Assembly: GCA_050084515.1 (NCBI GenBank)
Contig: CM114271.1
Span: forward strand, 29,140,001 to 29,204,000
Source of the DNA: Blasia pusilla
Lineage: Eukaryota
Reading direction: 5' to 3'
DNA length: 64,000 nt
Each line of letters opens with the position of its first letter. The first letter of the stretch is position 1. This document shows positions 62,801 through 64,000 of the stretch, piece after piece. The notes below the pieces were generated by a model. That model ran no database searches and was not told the origin of the DNA. It saw nothing but the letters and a program-made list of their open reading frames with translations. Position numbers and translations under genes: made by a program.

Positions 62801-64000
62801 TTTGAGAAAGTGTGTAAAATAAAACGAGTCTTCGCGATTGGTCCCATGCAATTTTCGTCATAATGATAGTCTCTAGAATTGGTTGCATATAAGAATTAAG
62901 TGGTGGGATTGGACCATTATTTCTTACCCATCCGATTGGATTTGATTAGTTCTTCGTACCATCTGTTTACTCTCAAGGGATCGGGTGTTTAATGTATGGA
63001 AATGAAGAAATTTATTTTAGATTTTCGAAGAGACATGCGATATGAGTATGTAATATATTTGTGGATAACGGATAAAATAATCCCAAATATATTTAAATAG
63101 TAAAAATATCTGCACAACGATAATTAAAAAACCAATAGAAATAAATGGGAAACTATGAAAAAATAATAAAGTGAAGGGGTAACAGATAAAAGAGGAGTAA
63201 ATTTTCACAAGAATTTATGGAAAAATCATTTTGTGTACCTCTTGACTTTTTGAAAAAAAAAAAAAATTGAAATAGAATTTCTCTACCCAATATTGGCCAA
63301 AATTTTAGAGTTTCTAAATTTAAGCGAAATAGAAATTCTAGAAGAATCAGTGGTATGACTTTACTTTTCAAGCTTGATCCCCCTTTATTTTTCAGAAAAA
63401 TATTTAAAAGAATCATAGGGAAAAAATGAAAAATGATTAAATTTAAACTCTTCTCCTAAAATATCTGAAATAAAAATAAAACATCTCCTGCCTCCCTCTC
63501 ATCCCTTCATTTAACTATCCCCTCTCCACGTTTAATTATTACTTTTCAAGTTTAAAAATATGACACCCTACACCAAAGAGATGTCGCCATGGAGGGATGT
63601 CTCCTCCGTTAACATTATCTATGTATATAATTAAAAAAGGACGGGGGTTAGAGAAACCCTCCTCATGTGTTGACACATGTTCTCTAAAGGTTCTTATGTT
63701 GTTGACACAATGAATTTTAAGGTGTCAACCAGAGGGTGTTCAATTAAGAGGAGATAATAAAAGAAATAAAGACCAGATGCATTTAAAAATTTTAATATCA
63801 TCCGTGCTAATAGATTATATATGTACATGATTACATTTATCATATTTCTCGACCTTTACATTCAATGTAGGATACTAGAAATGATGCCAACGTGATGCGC
63901 TTGTATTGCTACCACTAGCATCATCACAGAGCATCTTTGTAAAAGAAAAATTAATGGAGGAAGAAGGATCCACTGAGACAAATCTAAACAACAAAGATGA

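Overview
Eukaryotic, TE-rich genomic DNA from a plant. The gene and TE style suggests a non-seed land plant such as a bryophyte, but that is inference. Main contents: (1) a decayed ~10-kb Ty3/Gypsy LTR retrotransposon on the minus strand (~4.6-14.45 kb) with the domain order Gag - aspartic protease - C5 DNA cytosine methyltransferase (DNMT3-like) - RT - RNase H - integrase - PHD finger; (2) a decayed, intron-rich Helitron (~14.8-26.1 kb, +) encoding Rep/Pif1 helicase behind a repeat-built N-terminal extension; (3) an intact intronless glyoxal oxidase (copper radical oxidase) gene (30.4-32.0 kb, -); (4) an older, truncated copy of the same Gypsy family (~38.8-42.9 kb, +); (5) an intact two-exon MYND zinc-finger gene (51.6-53.9 kb, -); (6) AT-rich TE debris elsewhere. 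The standout is the retrotransposon, which carries both a DNA-methylation writer and a chromatin reader in its polyprotein. The ORF track hides half of the methyltransferase because motifs I and IV sit in stop-interrupted frames that I translated by hand. No database searches were run; family assignments rest on recognised motifs.
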